Source of the DNA: Gemmatimonadaceae bacterium
GTDB taxonomy: Bacteria; Gemmatimonadota; Gemmatimonadetes; Gemmatimonadales; Gemmatimonadaceae
Length of the DNA stretch: 64,000 bases
NCBI GenBank assembly: GCA_045803545.1
Contig: JBJMOW010000004.1
Location: 928,001-992,000 of the forward strand
Direction of reading: 5' to 3'
The notes under the pieces were generated by a model. That model was not told the DNA's origin. It made no database searches and saw nothing but the letters and a program-made list of their open reading frames with translations. Positions 62,676 through 64,000 of the stretch are shown here, piece after piece; position 1 is the first letter of the stretch, and every line of letters begins with the position of its first letter. Made by a program: the position numbers and the translations under genes.

Positions 62676-63300
62676 GATTGAGGCGTTCGGACCAACAGCC
62701 ATTCCGGAGTTCGGATTAATTGAGGGCCGAGGGGTAGACCCGCAATCGAAGGGTAGTTGGCACGCGCGAAAGGTTCTTGAACGCTTGGGCGACCACATAG
62801 CTTAGCGGCGTGAGTCATAAGCTATCGCCCGTGAGTGCAGATACTTCGAACGACCCGCTGCTCAGAATGCGAGCTTACACTCTTGGCCAGGAGTTACTCG
62901 ACGTGGCCTGGGTGGATGCAAAAACACTGAGTGGTGACGCGCTCACAGAACAGATTTCCGGACAACTTTACGCAGCAATCGCTTCGATTTCTGCGAACAT
63001 TGGCGAGGGATATTCTCGCAGTTCCGGCAAAGATCGTTCGAGAATATTTGAGTACGCGCTCGGCTCGGTTCGTGAAGCGATGGTCTGGTACCGAGCAGCG
63101 AAGCCAGTCATTGGGGAGGTTTCGACCGAACGACTCAACAAGTTGGAAGAGATTCGGCGCATGCTTCTGGTCATAATCCCGCGAGAACGCGGCAAGACTA
63201 TTCGTCCAAAGAATCGCCCGGGCTTAACTAACTAAAGTTAGATCCTCGCCCCTCAATTAATCCGAACTCCGAACTGGCCGTTGGTCCGAACGCCTCAATC
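62676..63300. mobile_element. Inverted-repeat-bounded cassette carrying a four-helix-bundle gene
   Basis: 57-bp arms at 62676-62732 and 63244-63300, 53/57 complementary. Confidence 0.8.
62810..63235 (+). CDS. Four-helix-bundle protein (23S rRNA intervening-sequence protein / Avd-like family)
   Basis: QLYAAIASISANIGEGYSRSSGKDRSRIFEYALGSVRE matches the family pattern QL.RA..SI..NIAEG..R....D...F...A.GS..E. Confidence 0.9.
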   Translation: MSHKLSPVSADTSNDPLLRMRAYTLGQELLDVAWVDAKTLSGDALTEQISGQLYAAIASISANIGEGYSRSSGKDRSRIFEYALGSVREAMVWYRAAKPVIGEVSTERLNKLEEIRRMLLVIIPRERGKTIRPKNRPGLTN

Positions 63301-63712
63301 AAAACTGTACCTGATAATCCTCCCCGCCAATTTCCCTCTGCGATCTGCCCGTCGTCCTCGATCTGCAATCAAACGACTGTACCAACGCCATCAAGCGCTG
63401 CCTCTCCAACGGCAAAACCAAATGCGCCAAAGTCGCCCGCTGCAGCTTCGGCGGCAGAAAGAGATGCTCTCCATGCGATTTTCCGTAGACGATCAACGCG
63501 GCGTTAGTAGTGAGGGGAAGCGATGCGGCCTGACCGGCTTCCGTTACCTCCTCACTCGATACGACTACAACCTCGGTTTCGTCCGCGCGCATCATAGCTG
63601 CCGCGTCCGGGAGCGTTGCCGCGAACTCGACATCGTGACCGCAGCCGAGCAGGGTTTGCGCTAAGCCCTCGAGCAGCGCGACGTCGGCGCCGACGAGTAT
63701 CACCTTACACAT
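63299..63712 (-). CDS. Degenerate receiver-like (CheY-fold) hypothetical protein
   Basis: VILVG.D.ALLEGL.Q.L...GHDV pattern; lacks the canonical Asp/Lys residues. Confidence 0.55.
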   Translation of the reverse strand: MCKVILVGADVALLEGLAQTLLGCGHDVEFAATLPDAAAMMRADETEVVVVSSEEVTEAGQAASLPLTTNAALIVYGKSHGEHLFLPPKLQRATLAHLVLPLERQRLMALVQSFDCRSRTTGRSQREIGGEDYQVQF

Positions 63713-63831
63713 CGCAGCAAGCCTCAGCCATTCTTTGAATCGACTCGGGGTGAACTCTTGTGCGCCTCTACTACCTTTCGTGACGCGGGTCGCTCACGAT
63801 GCACACATTGCGCCGTGAGTGGTGCGCCCGC

Positions 63832-64000
63832 TCATACCAGTCGCAACAATCCTGACTGGATGATGCCGAGTAGGATGTAGGCGATGATCGGCGTGATGTC
63901 GAGCCCGCCAAGCACCGGAACTATTCGCCGCAGCGGCGACAGGATCGGCTCGCTCAGTCGGTAACTCCAGCTGACCCAGGGCGAGTAGGGAGAGATCGGG
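63832..64000 (-). CDS. YggT-family membrane protein, C-terminal part (5' end outside window)
   Basis: Manual translation: ...YRLSEPILSPLRRIVPVLGGLDITPIIAYILLGIIQSGLLRLV*. Confidence 0.85.
   Translation of the reverse strand, partial: PISPYSPWVSWSYRLSEPILSPLRRIVPVLGGLDITPIIAYILLGIIQSGLLRLV

Noticed and set aside
62758..62775. Sigma54 promoter (TGGCACG) for the four-helix-bundle gene
   Set aside because: No TTGC -12 element at the required spacing.
62810..63235. Diversity-generating retroelement suggested by the Avd-like fold
   Set aside because: No reverse transcriptase and no template/variable repeat pair with adenine-specific mismatches seen in the window.
63781..63830. Hairpin after the yggT stop as another element copy
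   Set aside because: Imperfect, and shares no sequence with the GATTGAGGCG termini.

Overview
GC-rich bacterial chromosome segment, about 55 genes, mostly housekeeping; gene content suggests a Gemmatimonadota-like organism (inference, not tested). It carries gyrA, leuS, a caa3-type cytochrome c oxidase operon, aspA, dacB, kup, a TetR-TolC-EmrA-EmrB efflux operon, nth/polX, several peptidases, two ECF sigma/anti-sigma modules (one with FecR and a TonB-dependent receptor) and a metH-yitJ operon. I saw no rRNA, tRNA, CRISPR array, integrase or transposase. The most striking signal is a 625-bp cassette (62676-63300) in which a four-helix-bundle gene (23S-rRNA-IVP/Avd-like) lies between 57-bp inverted repeats. 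A 58-bp gene-less derivative of the same termini sits at 45033-45090, and both copies overlap the TGA stop codon of the upstream minus-strand gene in the same way. This suggests a transposase-free mobile element family targeting stop codons. Other notable points: a SAM-II-like riboswitch plus terminator before metH, a kup gene with no canonical start codon, a shared ECF promoter motif in the FecR/TBDR locus, and several heptamer-repeat hairpins.
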